In this document: positions 26,385 to 35,498 of the stretch, one piece after another | Numbering within the stretch: position 1 is the stretch's first letter | Layout of the letters: the number at the start of each line of letters is the position of its first letter | Notes under the pieces: generated by a model | The model's input: only the letters and a program-made list of their open reading frames with translations | Databases searched by the model: none | What the model was told of the DNA's origin: nothing | Source: a bacterium | GTDB taxonomy: Bacteria > Patescibacteriota > Minisyncoccia > Phycocordibacterales > UBA2100 | Assembly: GCA_030647655.1 (NCBI GenBank) | Contig: JAUSJH010000018.1 | Location: forward strand, 1 to 62,484 | Direction: 5' to 3' | Length of the DNA stretch: 62,484 bases | Made by a program: the position numbers and the translations under genes

Positions 26385-28500
26385 AGACGTCGAGTGTCGC
26401 CTCCCTCGCGTGGCTTTGAATGAATGACTTACGCGCGGGGACGTCGGTGCCCATGAGCATGTCGAAGACCATGTCGGCTTCCTGCGCGTCCTCGATGGCG
26501 ACCTGCTTCAATATGCGGCGTGCAGGGTCCATTGTCGTTTCCCACAATTCTTCAGAATTCATCTCGCCCAAGCCTTTGTAGCGTTGAACAGAGACTTTTG
26601 CGGTTTTCCCGACGCTCCGACCTTCATCGGAAGTCGGGACCCCGACTTCGACTTCGTCGAGCGTCGGGGCTTCCAGCGGCATATCCTTGCCCACGAGCCT
26701 GATGCGTTCCTCGTCGGAATATGCATAGTGAATTTCTTTTCCTTTGCGCACCTTAAAAAGCGGCGGCTGGGCGATGTAGAGATATCCGCCGTCTATTACC
26801 GGTCGGAAGTGGCGGTACATGAGCGTGAGGAGAAGTGTGCGAATGTGCGCGCCATCCACGTCGGCATCGGTCGCAATGATTATTTTGTGATAGCGCAACT
26901 TCGCGACATCGAAAATATCGCCTATCGCAGTCCCGAGCGCGACAACAAGATTACGTATCTGCTCGGAGGCGAGCATCTTGTCGAGGCGTGCGCGTTCGAT
27001 GTTGAGTATCTTGCCGCGCAGAGGAAGCACGGCCTGTATGCGACGGTCGCGGCCCATCTTTGCAGTGCCGCCGGCCGAATCACCTTCTACGATAAAGAGC
27101 TCCGATTCTTCCGCGCTTTTGCTCTGGCAATCGGCGAGTTTACCGGGAAGCGTCATGCCATCCAAGGCGCCCTTGCGCAAAATGCTGTCTTTGGCGGCTT
27201 TGGCGGCTTTGCGCGCCTTCATCGCGAGCGCTATTTTCCCCAGAATAGCGCGCGCGTCGTCGGGATGCCCTTCGAGGAACGTGCTGAATGCTTCGGCAAA
27301 GACGCTATCGGTCGCACCACGCGCCTCGACACTTCCGAGTTTCGACTTGGTTTGGCCTTCGAATTGCACTTCGCGCATTTTGACCGAAATAACCGCCGTA
27401 AGACCTTCCAAGACGTCGTCGCCGGTAAAGGTATCGCTCTCCTTGCCGCCATTCCCATTTTTTATCTGTGAATTCAAGGTGCGCGTAAGTGCGCCCTTGA
27501 ATCCTGTCACGTGCATGCCGCCTTCGGCGTTGTAGATGTTGTTGGCAAAAGCCGAAAGACGTGAGGTGATATCGTCTACATACTGCAGAGCGATTTCCAC
27601 CGAGACACCGTCTTGTTCTTTCTCGATGTGGAAAATATTCTTATGGATCGGTTCGAGATAGCGGTTTTGGAATGCGACAAGAGAGCGTAAGCCTCCTTCA
27701 AAATAGAACGATGTCGAGGGGGCATCGAGCCCAAGTTCACGCAAATAAAATACGTCTGCCCCGTTAGAGCGCGAAGTGTCTCTAATGGGGTCTTTGTCCA
27801 CCTTTCTGAAATCCAGGATAGAAATACGCAGTCCCCGAACAAGGTACGCCTGCTGGCGCATGTGCGCGACGATGGTATCGGAGTGGAGCTCGCGGTCGGG
27901 GAAAATCTTGGCATCGGCCTCGAAAGTAATTATAGTCCCGTGCAGTTTTGAAGAATCGATTTTCTTCGTTTTGCCGATAGGCTTGCCGCCGTCTTTGTAT
28001 TCCTGCATATATTTTCCCCCATCGCGATACACCTCTGCACGCACATGCGAGGAGAGTGCGTTGACGACCGAGACGCCTACGCCGTGCAATCCGCCCGATA
28101 TCTTGTATCCTTCGCCACCGAATTTCCCTCCGGCATGGAGCTTGGTCATTACCGTCTCGAGCGTTGAGACTTTTGTCTTGGGATGTATTTCCACAGGGAT
28201 ACCGCGACCGTTGTCGGCGACGCGTACGCGATTGTCCGGCAGAAGGGCTATCTCGATATCATCCGCAAACCCGCCCATCGCCTCGTCGCGCGAGTTGTCG
28301 AAGACTTCCCAGACGAGATGATGGAGTCCCGAGGTACCGGTCGTCCCGATATACATACCGGGACGGCGTCGCACCGCCTCCAACCCCTCGAGAACGGTAA
28401 TGTCGCTCGCTCCGTAAGAAGAAGTCCCTACTTTAGGGCTCTTTACCTTCCCTCCGGAGGAGGGTCCGCCTCCGGCGGATTTCGCCTTCTTTTTAGCCAT
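26383..28500 (-). CDS. gyrB: DNA gyrase subunit B
   Basis: VRRRPGMYIG, DNGRGIP, GGLHGVGVSVVNALS, EGDSAGG, PLRGKILN, DADVDGAHI, QRYKGLGEM. Confidence 0.95.
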   Translation of the reverse strand: MAKKKAKSAGGGPSSGGKVKSPKVGTSSYGASDITVLEGLEAVRRRPGMYIGTTGTSGLHHLVWEVFDNSRDEAMGGFADDIEIALLPDNRVRVADNGRGIPVEIHPKTKVSTLETVMTKLHAGGKFGGEGYKISGGLHGVGVSVVNALSSHVRAEVYRDGGKYMQEYKDGGKPIGKTKKIDSSKLHGTIITFEADAKIFPDRELHSDTIVAHMRQQAYLVRGLRISILDFRKVDKDPIRDTSRSNGADVFYLRELGLDAPSTSFYFEGGLRSLVAFQNRYLEPIHKNIFHIEKEQDGVSVEIALQYVDDITSRLSAFANNIYNAEGGMHVTGFKGALTRTLNSQIKNGNGGKESDTFTGDDVLEGLTAVISVKMREVQFEGQTKSKLGSVEARGATDSVFAEAFSTFLEGHPDDARAILGKIALAMKARKAAKAAKDSILRKGALDGMTLPGKLADCQSKSAEESELFIVEGDSAGGTAKMGRDRRIQAVLPLRGKILNIERARLDKMLASEQIRNLVVALGTAIGDIFDVAKLRYHKIIIATDADVDGAHIRTLLLTLMYRHFRPVIDGGYLYIAQPPLFKVRKGKEIHYAYSDEERIRLVGKDMPLEAPTLDEVEVGVPTSDEGRSVGKTAKVSVQRYKGLGEMNSEELWETTMDPARRILKQVAIEDAQEADMVFDMLMGTDVPARKSFIQSHAREATLDV
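26608..26646. repeat. palindromic element translated in frame within gyrB
   Basis: cccgacgctccgac...gtcgggaccccgac; encodes VGVPTSDEGRSVG; related copy at 54635-54659. Confidence 0.6.
28451..28479. repeat. palindromic element in gyrB N-terminal extension
   Basis: cctccggagg plus tccgcc-tcc-ggcgga; related tccgcc-agct-ggcgga at 25101-25116 in the sortase. Confidence 0.55.
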
Positions 28501-28609
28501 ATTTGATTGATTGAGTATAGCAAAAAACAAGCTGTTTGCCTAGACCCAAAAGGTGGGTATAGTGGGTATGGACCGACAATGAAGTCGGCTGAAAAAGTGA
28601 GGAAGCGCG

Positions 28610-28938
28610 ATGAAGATTCGTTGGTTTCTCGGTGGTTTGCTGACGGTCGTCGTGGGTGCCGGCATCCTAACGGCAAAAACATCGATGACGGAAGGCTCAT
28701 GCCATATCAAGATGCTTGCGCTTGCGCTTGATTGCCCATGGGTTGCAACATTGGTGCCCTTGGGACTGATCGATAGCGACGATAGCCTCGGCACAATGCA
28801 TAATGGAGATATCTTTATCTGTCGATGGCCGGCACTACACGTGTTCGGCATTGCGATGCCAACACGCAAAATCCACAGCACACGCAAAATCGACAGGCCG
28901 AAATGCATGCGGCCTCGGATACGCTGGCATCTCAATAG
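28610..28938 (+). pseudogene. possible secreted small protein gene, probably frameshifted
   Basis: GAGG SD and signal-peptide-like start at 28610; that frame reads through the terminator into pheT, while another frame stops at 28936-28938 just before the terminator. Confidence 0.3.
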
Positions 28939-28945
28939 CCAACTC

Positions 28946-28976
28946 GGCCCGGGCGTCTCGCCCGGGTCTTTTTCTT
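28946..28976 (+). terminator. intrinsic terminator
   Basis: ggcccgggc-gtctc-gcccgggtc + TTTTTCTT. Confidence 0.7.
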
Positions 28977-30768
28977 ATCTCACTTGCCAGCCTTTTTCTG
29001 CGACAGCGGCATTTACTTTTTCCATAATCAAATTTGCTTCCGCATCAGTCAACGTCTTTTCGAATGACTGAAAGACAAGACGGAATGCGAGCGATAATTT
29101 CTCCCCTTTTTCGAATGTGTCGAAAAGTTCGCTACGCACGAGAAGCTCCCCCGCTTGTGCGCGGATAACGTTCAGCACTTCAACAGGCCCCGTTCCTTGT
29201 GAACACCACAGGGCAATATCGCGCACTATGAATGGGTATTTTGAGAATGTTTTGTAGCGTTCAGTTTTTGAAATCGGCAAGTCGTCGTAGGCGGAAGCCG
29301 CGACAACACCGAGCGGTTCTTCCGAGATTATACCTCCCTCTTCTGCCGTACCGACCATCATCATTTCTTTATTATCCTTCCACACGGCGCCAACCTCAAA
29401 CAACTTTACTTTGTAAAGTTGAAGCAGGTCCTTATTGCGTGTATTTCTCTCAAGCGCGTCTTTCAGCCCATCGGTCAGATTCGCACGAAGGTACGGACGC
29501 ACGCCGTCTACTTTGTTTGCGATGACGCGCTCGCCTTTGTCGGCAAATACAGACGTGAATACTTCGGAATAACCTTCCGAAATAAGTTTTTCACGCATCT
29601 GCTCGGCGGCGTAAAAGTTCTTGTTGATTTCCGGCTTCTTCGGAAACGGTGATAACTCGGTTGTGGGGATTTTGTCGTAGCCCACGATGCGAGCGACCTC
29701 TTCTATCAGATCTTCGGGAATGACAAGGTCGAGCCGCTCGAAAGGTGGTGTAATGACAAAATCCCCGCCGCCTATTTCAAACGGCAAATCAAGCCGCTTG
29801 AACGCGTCTACAACATCTGATTCTGCAAGTTTGGTTCCAAGGACGGCGTTGATTTTCTGGAGCGATACAGATACGGTCCATTTCTCTTGCGGCTTCGGAT
29901 ACTCATCAACGAATCCCGCGACTGCCCCACTGGCAAGCTTCACGATGAGATCGGTAGCGGCCCGTAGACCGTATGCCGTGAGCTCGGGAGAGATGACTTG
30001 CTGAAAACGGTCCGATGCGTCGGTACGTAGATTTAAAGTCTGCGAAGCTTTCCTGATGGCCACGCCATCCCAATTCGCAGCTTCGAGAATAATGGCAGTC
30101 GTCGCTTCATCAATTCCTGTTGGCTTACCACCCTTGATACCGGCGATGCTCACCGTCTCGCCCGTATTCCCGTCGGCAATTGTGAGCATGGTGGGCGTGA
30201 GCGCGTATTCTTTGTCATCAAGCCCGAGCATCTTTTCCCCCTTTTTCGCCAAGCGCACATCAAGAGCCCGTACTCCTTTATTCTCGGTAAGTTTTGCCGC
30301 ATCGAAGGCGTGGAGCGGCTGACCGATGTTGAACATCACGTAGTTTGTTGCGTCCACGATGTTGTTGATGCTTTTCTGGCCGATGCTCTCAAGCGCCGTG
30401 CGCAGCCAATCGGGCGAAGCCCCTACTTTGACGCCTGTAATGTATGCCGCACTAAAGCGCGGGCAAAGCTGCGGATTTTCAATCGTCACTTCGAGTGCCT
30501 CAGTTTTTGGTTCCAGCTTGATGTCGGTTATGCCGTACGGATGCGGTACGAGCGGAAGATTCAATATCGCCGAGACCTCTTTCGCAATTCCGCGATACGA
30601 GAGACAGTCGCGCCCGCGATTTGGCGTTACCTTCACGTCGAGAACGATATCGCCTTCATGTCGTCCAATACTTTCTACCTCAAACGCGTGAAATGTTAGT
30701 GCCTCCGAAAGCCCTTCCGGCAGAGGTTTTTCAAAATATGTCTGGAGCCAGTTACGCGAGATTTTCAT
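28975..30768 (-). CDS. pheT: phenylalanine--tRNA ligase beta subunit, short form (no tRNA-binding OB insert)
   Basis: TPNRGRDCLS, INNIVDATNYVM.IGQPLHAFD, RLDLVIPEDLIEEVARIVGYDKIP, C-terminal FDX-ACB (SKYPFIVRDIA). Confidence 0.95.
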   Translation of the reverse strand: MKISRNWLQTYFEKPLPEGLSEALTFHAFEVESIGRHEGDIVLDVKVTPNRGRDCLSYRGIAKEVSAILNLPLVPHPYGITDIKLEPKTEALEVTIENPQLCPRFSAAYITGVKVGASPDWLRTALESIGQKSINNIVDATNYVMFNIGQPLHAFDAAKLTENKGVRALDVRLAKKGEKMLGLDDKEYALTPTMLTIADGNTGETVSIAGIKGGKPTGIDEATTAIILEAANWDGVAIRKASQTLNLRTDASDRFQQVISPELTAYGLRAATDLIVKLASGAVAGFVDEYPKPQEKWTVSVSLQKINAVLGTKLAESDVVDAFKRLDLPFEIGGGDFVITPPFERLDLVIPEDLIEEVARIVGYDKIPTTELSPFPKKPEINKNFYAAEQMREKLISEGYSEVFTSVFADKGERVIANKVDGVRPYLRANLTDGLKDALERNTRNKDLLQLYKVKLFEVGAVWKDNKEMMMVGTAEEGGIISEEPLGVVAASAYDDLPISKTERYKTFSKYPFIVRDIALWCSQGTGPVEVLNVIRAQAGELLVRSELFDTFEKGEKLSLAFRLVFQSFEKTLTDAEANLIMEKVNAAVAEKGWQVR

Positions 30769-30770
30769 AT

Positions 30771-31031
30771 TCAGCCCGTTAGAGATAGAAAACGCTTGAG
30801 ACGATTCTTTATGTACCGCTTCCCCATACCAGTTTTTAAATACTTCTCGCGCGTATATGCGTCAGACTGCTCCCTGCACGCCTCGTAGTACATCAGTTCG
30901 AACGGATGTCGTTTGGCCGTGGCAACCATTTGACCGCCGTTATGTTGTCTCAGGCGTTTTCGTAGATCGTTTGTACACCCGGTATACCATTTACCATCAA
31001 CTTTGCTTCGGAGTACGTAGGTGTAGTGCAT
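30771..31031 (-). CDS. GIY-YIG nuclease family protein
   Basis: YTYVLRS...WYTGCTNDLRKRLRQHN...YYEAC...AYTREKYLK. Confidence 0.92.
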   Translation of the reverse strand: MHYTYVLRSKVDGKWYTGCTNDLRKRLRQHNGGQMVATAKRHPFELMYYEACREQSDAYTREKYLKTGMGKRYIKNRLKRFLSLTG

Positions 31032-31050
31032 AAAGAATCTCTAACGGGCT
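30773..31050. mobile_element. GIY-YIG cassette bounded by perfect 14-bp inverted repeats, between pheS and pheT
   Basis: agcccgttagagat (30773-30786) / atctctaacgggct (31037-31050). Confidence 0.7.
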
Positions 31051-31786
31051 AAAACTGATTGATGAACCGCAAATCGGCGGAATGCATAAGACGGATGTCG
31101 TCGATGCCCCAACGCAGAAGCGCGAGACGGTCGAGCCCCATGCCGAAGGCAAAGCCCTGATACTTTTTCGGGTCGACGCCCGCGTTCTTGAGCACATCCG
31201 GATGCACCATGCCCGCACCCATCATTTCTATCCACCGGTCTTTCAGCTTTTCCGGAACATTCGCGCCAACGAGCCGCATATCCACTTCGACCGACGGCTC
31301 GGTGAATGGAAAGAAGCTCGGACGGAACCGTATCTCGACTGACGCGCCTTTAAACAACTCTTTGAGAAATCGTTCGAGCGTTCCTTTGAGATTTGCGAGT
31401 GTTACATCCTCACCCACGGCAAGCCCTTCTATCTGAAAAAATTCCGCTTCGTGCGTCATGTCGGTCGCCTCGTTGCGGAAGACTTTGCCTGGCACAATGA
31501 CACGGTACGGTGGCACAATGCCCTTCTTCATCTGCGTCTCCATGTAGCGCACCTGGACGGGAGAAGTGTGTGTGCGCAGTACGTAACCCGGCTCATCTTT
31601 GATGAAAAAAGTGTCCTGCATGTCGCGCGCGGGATGGTCCTTGGGGACATTGAGGGCGTCGAAATTGTGCCATTCGTCTTCGAGAAGCGGGCCTTCCGCG
31701 CAAGTAAAGCCCATGCGATAAAATATCTGATTCGCCTCGCGGATGAGGGATGAAATAGGGTGAATGTGCCCTCGTGTTTTCTCCAT
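31049..31786 (-). CDS. pheS: phenylalanine--tRNA ligase alpha subunit, short form (no N-terminal coiled-coil arm)
   Basis: GHIHP, NFDALNVPKDHPARDMQDTF, LRTHTSPVQ, RFRPSFFPFTEPS, GFAFGMGLDRL. Confidence 0.96.
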   Translation of the reverse strand: MEKTRGHIHPISSLIREANQIFYRMGFTCAEGPLLEDEWHNFDALNVPKDHPARDMQDTFFIKDEPGYVLRTHTSPVQVRYMETQMKKGIVPPYRVIVPGKVFRNEATDMTHEAEFFQIEGLAVGEDVTLANLKGTLERFLKELFKGASVEIRFRPSFFPFTEPSVEVDMRLVGANVPEKLKDRWIEMMGAGMVHPDVLKNAGVDPKKYQGFAFGMGLDRLALLRWGIDDIRLMHSADLRFINQF

Positions 31787-31793
31787 ACACGAC

Positions 31794-31900
31794 AGTATAC
31801 CCCATGAGATAATAATTCTAATTTTCCGAGAAAATCTCTCCGCAGCAATCACCTAGACAGTCGAAGATACTTTAAAACTGCTTATCTCACGGGGTATACT
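31794..31900. mobile_element. ~107-bp inverted-repeat-bounded element (copy B)
   Basis: agtataccccatgagataa (31794-31812) / ttatctcacggggtatact (31882-31900), 18/19 complementary. Confidence 0.65.
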
Positions 31901-32717
31901 AGAGAGAAATCTCGTAGAGCGCGCTGCCGTCCTTCACGATGAGATGCCCGTTGACGATGCGGAAGTCTGCACCGGCTCGCGGATACAGGGGCACAGTAAT
32001 CGCCGTCGGGCGGATATCCGCTTCGCCCAAGAACACGCCGCCCTCGATGGTAGCGTAGACGATGCCACCGCCGAAAAATGCCGCCGTGCGGGAGGTCTGT
32101 TTGCCGCGCTCGATCGGTATTTCGCGCACACAATATGAGGGCCGGCCGCAAAAATTGCTCGGCGGGGACGACTCTGCATCGATGCGAACATATACATCGC
32201 CATGCTCGACGTAAAGCGCGGCGCCTCGCGTACCCTCGGTGGTTGTCGCAACAGGTACATCAAAAGCCGAACGGTAAAGAAGCGCGGTCGGCGGCGTGAT
32301 AATAGCGGTCGAGGATGCCCCTGTATTCGTTCCTGTAAGCAGACGGATCGGGATGATTTCTTTGGGGACGAGAAGCGCGCGTACGTCGGTCACGAGCTGC
32401 TGCTCGACGACGAGCGTGCGGTACCACGGATAATCCCCCTCCCGCGATACATGGAGCGCGTAGGCGCCAGGGGTGAGATTGTCGAGATAGAATCCGCGAT
32501 TCAATATCCCGCTTGTCCCGATCTCCTCGCCGTTGAGCGAAACATGAGCATCAGAGTACGGCACCGAGATAAAAATGCCTCCGGTTTGCACGAACCCGAG
32601 TCCGCTTTTGAAACGATATCCGCCTGCATAGAAAAAGACGAAGGGGAGACAGAGAAAGAAAAGTGTTATGAACGCAAGAAGATAGATGCGGCGTTTGAGA
32701 CGTGAGAGCGGTTGCAT
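31899..32717 (-). CDS. PEGA-domain membrane protein
   Basis: N-terminal TM then TGGIFISVPYSDAHVSLNG...LTPGAYALHVSREGDYPW PEGA-like pattern. Confidence 0.75.
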   Translation of the reverse strand: MQPLSRLKRRIYLLAFITLFFLCLPFVFFYAGGYRFKSGLGFVQTGGIFISVPYSDAHVSLNGEEIGTSGILNRGFYLDNLTPGAYALHVSREGDYPWYRTLVVEQQLVTDVRALLVPKEIIPIRLLTGTNTGASSTAIITPPTALLYRSAFDVPVATTTEGTRGAALYVEHGDVYVRIDAESSPPSNFCGRPSYCVREIPIERGKQTSRTAAFFGGGIVYATIEGGVFLGEADIRPTAITVPLYPRAGADFRIVNGHLIVKDGSALYEISL

Positions 32718-32781
32718 AGAGGACAGGGTATCGCCACTAGCCACTAGTGTCTAGCGAAGAATCAAAGAAACTGATGAATTG

Positions 32782-34347
32782 TTATTTCCCCATTGGCTGA
32801 ACCATAGTGGCTAACTTTCTATGCTTCGGCGTCACCCAGAATCCGAGGTAACGACCTGTGAGGAGCCGTATTTGTGAGTCGAGTCCGGGTATAGAGCTGA
32901 AAATGACCATCGTCGCCGGCACTAGTGTCCACTGCAAAAGGAGCATGAGGCTCCGGAAGCGCCCGTACTCGAGCGGTCGCGCGGGCACTAAGTACATCGA
33001 GATCGCAGCAGAGAACACGAGCCCGAACATCGCGGCAGAAAGGAATCCTTTTGCGACAAGCGGAAGGCTGTACGAAAGCACTGTCGCATTGAATTTGTCG
33101 CCGCCGACCAAGAGCGGGAGCCAGCCGAGCGCAAAGAGGATAAGTGGATGCGTCACCAAGGACCAGAAACCCTCGAGCTGGACGGCCGCCGCCCGAAGTT
33201 TCTTGTAAAGTGGGATGCGCGGATTCTTGCAGAAAGCGAAAAGAATGTAGGGGATGTTTTCCGCGCCGTAGGTCCACCGGCGATGCTGAAGATAAATATT
33301 CTTGACTGTGCCTAAGAAGGTCGGGGCGACATTCGCATCCATCGAGACGGGATACGCCATTGGTATCACCTCATAGTCGCCGTCATTCCTAACGAAAAGA
33401 TTCCAAAAAATTCGCGAGTCTTCCGATACGATGTTGCGCTGCCAATAGCCCACCCTGTAGAGCTGGCTAAAGGGAATGGCATGCGAAGAAAAAGTCGCCA
33501 ATTTTTCCGGCCGCTCCTGTTGTATCATCTGCCAGAACGAGCTCGAATACGCGATGACCCGAGAAAGCATCCTCGCCTGCCAGATGTTGTTGTTATAGAG
33601 CGGGACAGGTTGGAGCGATACACGCTCCGGATTCTCGGCAGTAAGAAAATGCCACGTAAGGCAGGCAAAGTAGTGCGGGTAGACTACGGTGTCGATATCG
33701 AACGCCGAGACGATGGTGTGTTCATAGGGAATGCTACGCGCATCAAGTATCCGCTGTCGGGCTTCTTCCGCCGCATATGACATGTTGGAGCCCTTACCTC
33801 GAAGCTCTCCTTCTACTCCGTCGGGGTGGACCGTCACGATACAATCGAGGAAATATGAGCCGAATTCGCCCGCGACGCGCTCCGCGATCTGAAGCTGTGC
33901 CGCTCCACCGCGCTCCTCAACAGCGATTACAACAGCTATACGGTGCGGGTCCCCTATTGCGCCCAGCAATCCGCGCACGCTCTCGGCGACCACCTCATAG
34001 CCTTCCATGTAGAACGGAAATATGACGAGATGCACGATGTGCTCATGCCGCAAGTCCTTGAGACGCTCGCTCCAATCTACGCGCAGGTTGTGTTGGATGC
34101 GTTTAAAATTGTGACGAAGGTGGATGGAAAGATACGTGGTCTTGAAAAGCCAGTAAACAGAAAAAGCGATTGTGAGATACGCCGCCCACGCAGGCTTCAT
34201 GAATGAGAAGGCAACAAAGAGGATGAGGGTCCCTATCGAAAGCAGCCCTGGCAACATTTCGAAGAAGCGGTAGAGGACACGGTCGAGGCCGGTTAGATCG
34301 CTCGCGCGACCGACGTGTAAATACCAATACGGGTCTTTGTGTTCCAT
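32782..34347 (-). CDS. processive membrane glycosyltransferase family 2
   Basis: KGSN, FDIDT (DxD), SED, QHRRW (QxxRW), TM helices at both ends; true start MEHKDPYW (upstream ORF extension is the tRNA). Confidence 0.85.
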   Translation of the reverse strand: MEHKDPYWYLHVGRASDLTGLDRVLYRFFEMLPGLLSIGTLILFVAFSFMKPAWAAYLTIAFSVYWLFKTTYLSIHLRHNFKRIQHNLRVDWSERLKDLRHEHIVHLVIFPFYMEGYEVVAESVRGLLGAIGDPHRIAVVIAVEERGGAAQLQIAERVAGEFGSYFLDCIVTVHPDGVEGELRGKGSNMSYAAEEARQRILDARSIPYEHTIVSAFDIDTVVYPHYFACLTWHFLTAENPERVSLQPVPLYNNNIWQARMLSRVIAYSSSFWQMIQQERPEKLATFSSHAIPFSQLYRVGYWQRNIVSEDSRIFWNLFVRNDGDYEVIPMAYPVSMDANVAPTFLGTVKNIYLQHRRWTYGAENIPYILFAFCKNPRIPLYKKLRAAAVQLEGFWSLVTHPLILFALGWLPLLVGGDKFNATVLSYSLPLVAKGFLSAAMFGLVFSAAISMYLVPARPLEYGRFRSLMLLLQWTLVPATMVIFSSIPGLDSQIRLLTGRYLGFWVTPKHRKLATMVQPMGK

Positions 34348-34358
34348 AGGTGAGCTTG

Positions 34359-34431
34359 AGCCGCCTCCCAGACTCGAACTGGGGACCTTCTCTTTACAAA
34401 AGAGTTGCTCTACCAACTGAGCTAAGGCGGC
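34359..34431 (-). tRNA. tRNA-Thr(TGT)
   Basis: GCCGCCT/AGGCGGC acceptor, GCTC-AGTTGGTA-GAGC D-arm, TTTGTAA anticodon loop, CCCAG-TTCGAGT-CTGGG T-arm; CCA not encoded. Confidence 0.95.
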
Positions 34432-34433
34432 GT

Positions 34434-34844
34434 CTAGATATTGTGCCCGTTGTCAGTTGTTGTATCAAGTCCGTTACCATTCTTATGCTCCGCGACTTTC
34501 TTCAAGAATTCGGAGCGCGTGTCGCGTTTCTCGAAGCGGTGCTTGTAGGACATAAGGTCAGCGAGCTGGTGCGCATGCCGCTCGGCAAAACGCGCTACTG
34601 CCGCGAGCCCGAGCGCGGCTTCGTGTATCGTGATGCGCGAGAGGCGCGCGGCCTCTGGCGGCAGTTTCTCAAGATCGACACGCAAGGCCGTGAGAAGCGT
34701 CTTCAAGAGAATCGCATGGGCATCGAGTTTGCCTCGTATGCCGGGCGCAAGTACGCGCCCGTGCCTCATTTCCCAGTTCTTAAGTAGTAAAAGAAGCACG
34801 ATACTTACGAGAGAGACCACGAAGAGTATCGCTGAAAAAGTCAT
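34434..34844 (-). CDS. hypothetical single-pass membrane protein
   Basis: N-terminal TM then helical basic domain; fills the tsf-tRNA gap. Confidence 0.7.
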   Translation of the reverse strand: MTFSAILFVVSLVSIVLLLLLKNWEMRHGRVLAPGIRGKLDAHAILLKTLLTALRVDLEKLPPEAARLSRITIHEAALGLAAVARFAERHAHQLADLMSYKHRFEKRDTRSEFLKKVAEHKNGNGLDTTTDNGHNI

Positions 34845-34847
34845 ATT

Positions 34848-35432
34848 CTATTTCACGGAGAGGCGTTCGAAACGCGCAACCTCTATTTTCTCGCCGAATT
34901 TTTGCACTGCGGAATCAATAAGTTGCTGGATAGTAATGCTCGCATCTTTGACGTATGGCTGTTCGAGAAGGACACGCTCTCCCAAATAACTCCCGACTTT
35001 GCCTTCGATGGCTCTTGCGCGTGAGGCCTCCGGCACCTTTGCCGCTTCTGCCGCAAAGACTTCGCGGGCGGCTTTGAGATCACTTTCCTTCACATCGTGG
35101 CGCGAAATAAATTGCGGTCTCATCGCCGCAACGTGCATGGCGATATCGTATGCAAGTTTGGAAAATTCCTCATTTTTTGAGACAAAATCAGTCTCACACA
35201 TGAGCACGACGGACCCGACGACGGAGCCGCCGGCATGCGTGTATGCGGATGCGACCCCCGCACCCAAGGTTCGATCGGCCTTCTTGCCAGCGATGGTCGA
35301 GCTTTGCTTGCGCAATATTATTTTTGCCCTTTCGGTGTCACCACCAGCCTCTTCGAGAGCCTTCTTGCATTGCATGATGGACACACCGGTCTCGTCCCGC
35401 AATGCTTTGACCATGTCAGTTGAAATTTCCAT
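34848..35432 (-). CDS. tsf: elongation factor Ts (short form)
   Basis: VKALRDETGVSIMQCKKALEEAGGD, CETDFV, LLEQPYVKD. Confidence 0.95.
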   Translation of the reverse strand: MEISTDMVKALRDETGVSIMQCKKALEEAGGDTERAKIILRKQSSTIAGKKADRTLGAGVASAYTHAGGSVVGSVVLMCETDFVSKNEEFSKLAYDIAMHVAAMRPQFISRHDVKESDLKAAREVFAAEAAKVPEASRARAIEGKVGSYLGERVLLEQPYVKDASITIQQLIDSAVQKFGEKIEVARFERLSVK

Positions 35433-35435
35433 ACG

Positions 35436-35498
35436 GTAAGTATCAGGTATTGCGTAATAAGTATCAAGCCAGTGCCTGATACCTGTGTGCCTTACTTA
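35436..35498. repeat. inverted array of degenerate 7-mers (second locus)
   Basis: tatcagg-tattgcg-taataag-tatcaag then cctgata-cctgtgt-gccttac. Confidence 0.55.

Noticed and set aside
34348-34416. N-terminal extension MVEQLFCKEKVPSS... of the GT2 ORF
   Set aside because: It is the tRNA-Thr gene read as codons; the real start is ATG 34347
34330-34431. tRNA-Thr as an integration site
   Set aside because: No duplicated tRNA 3' end or integrase found in the window
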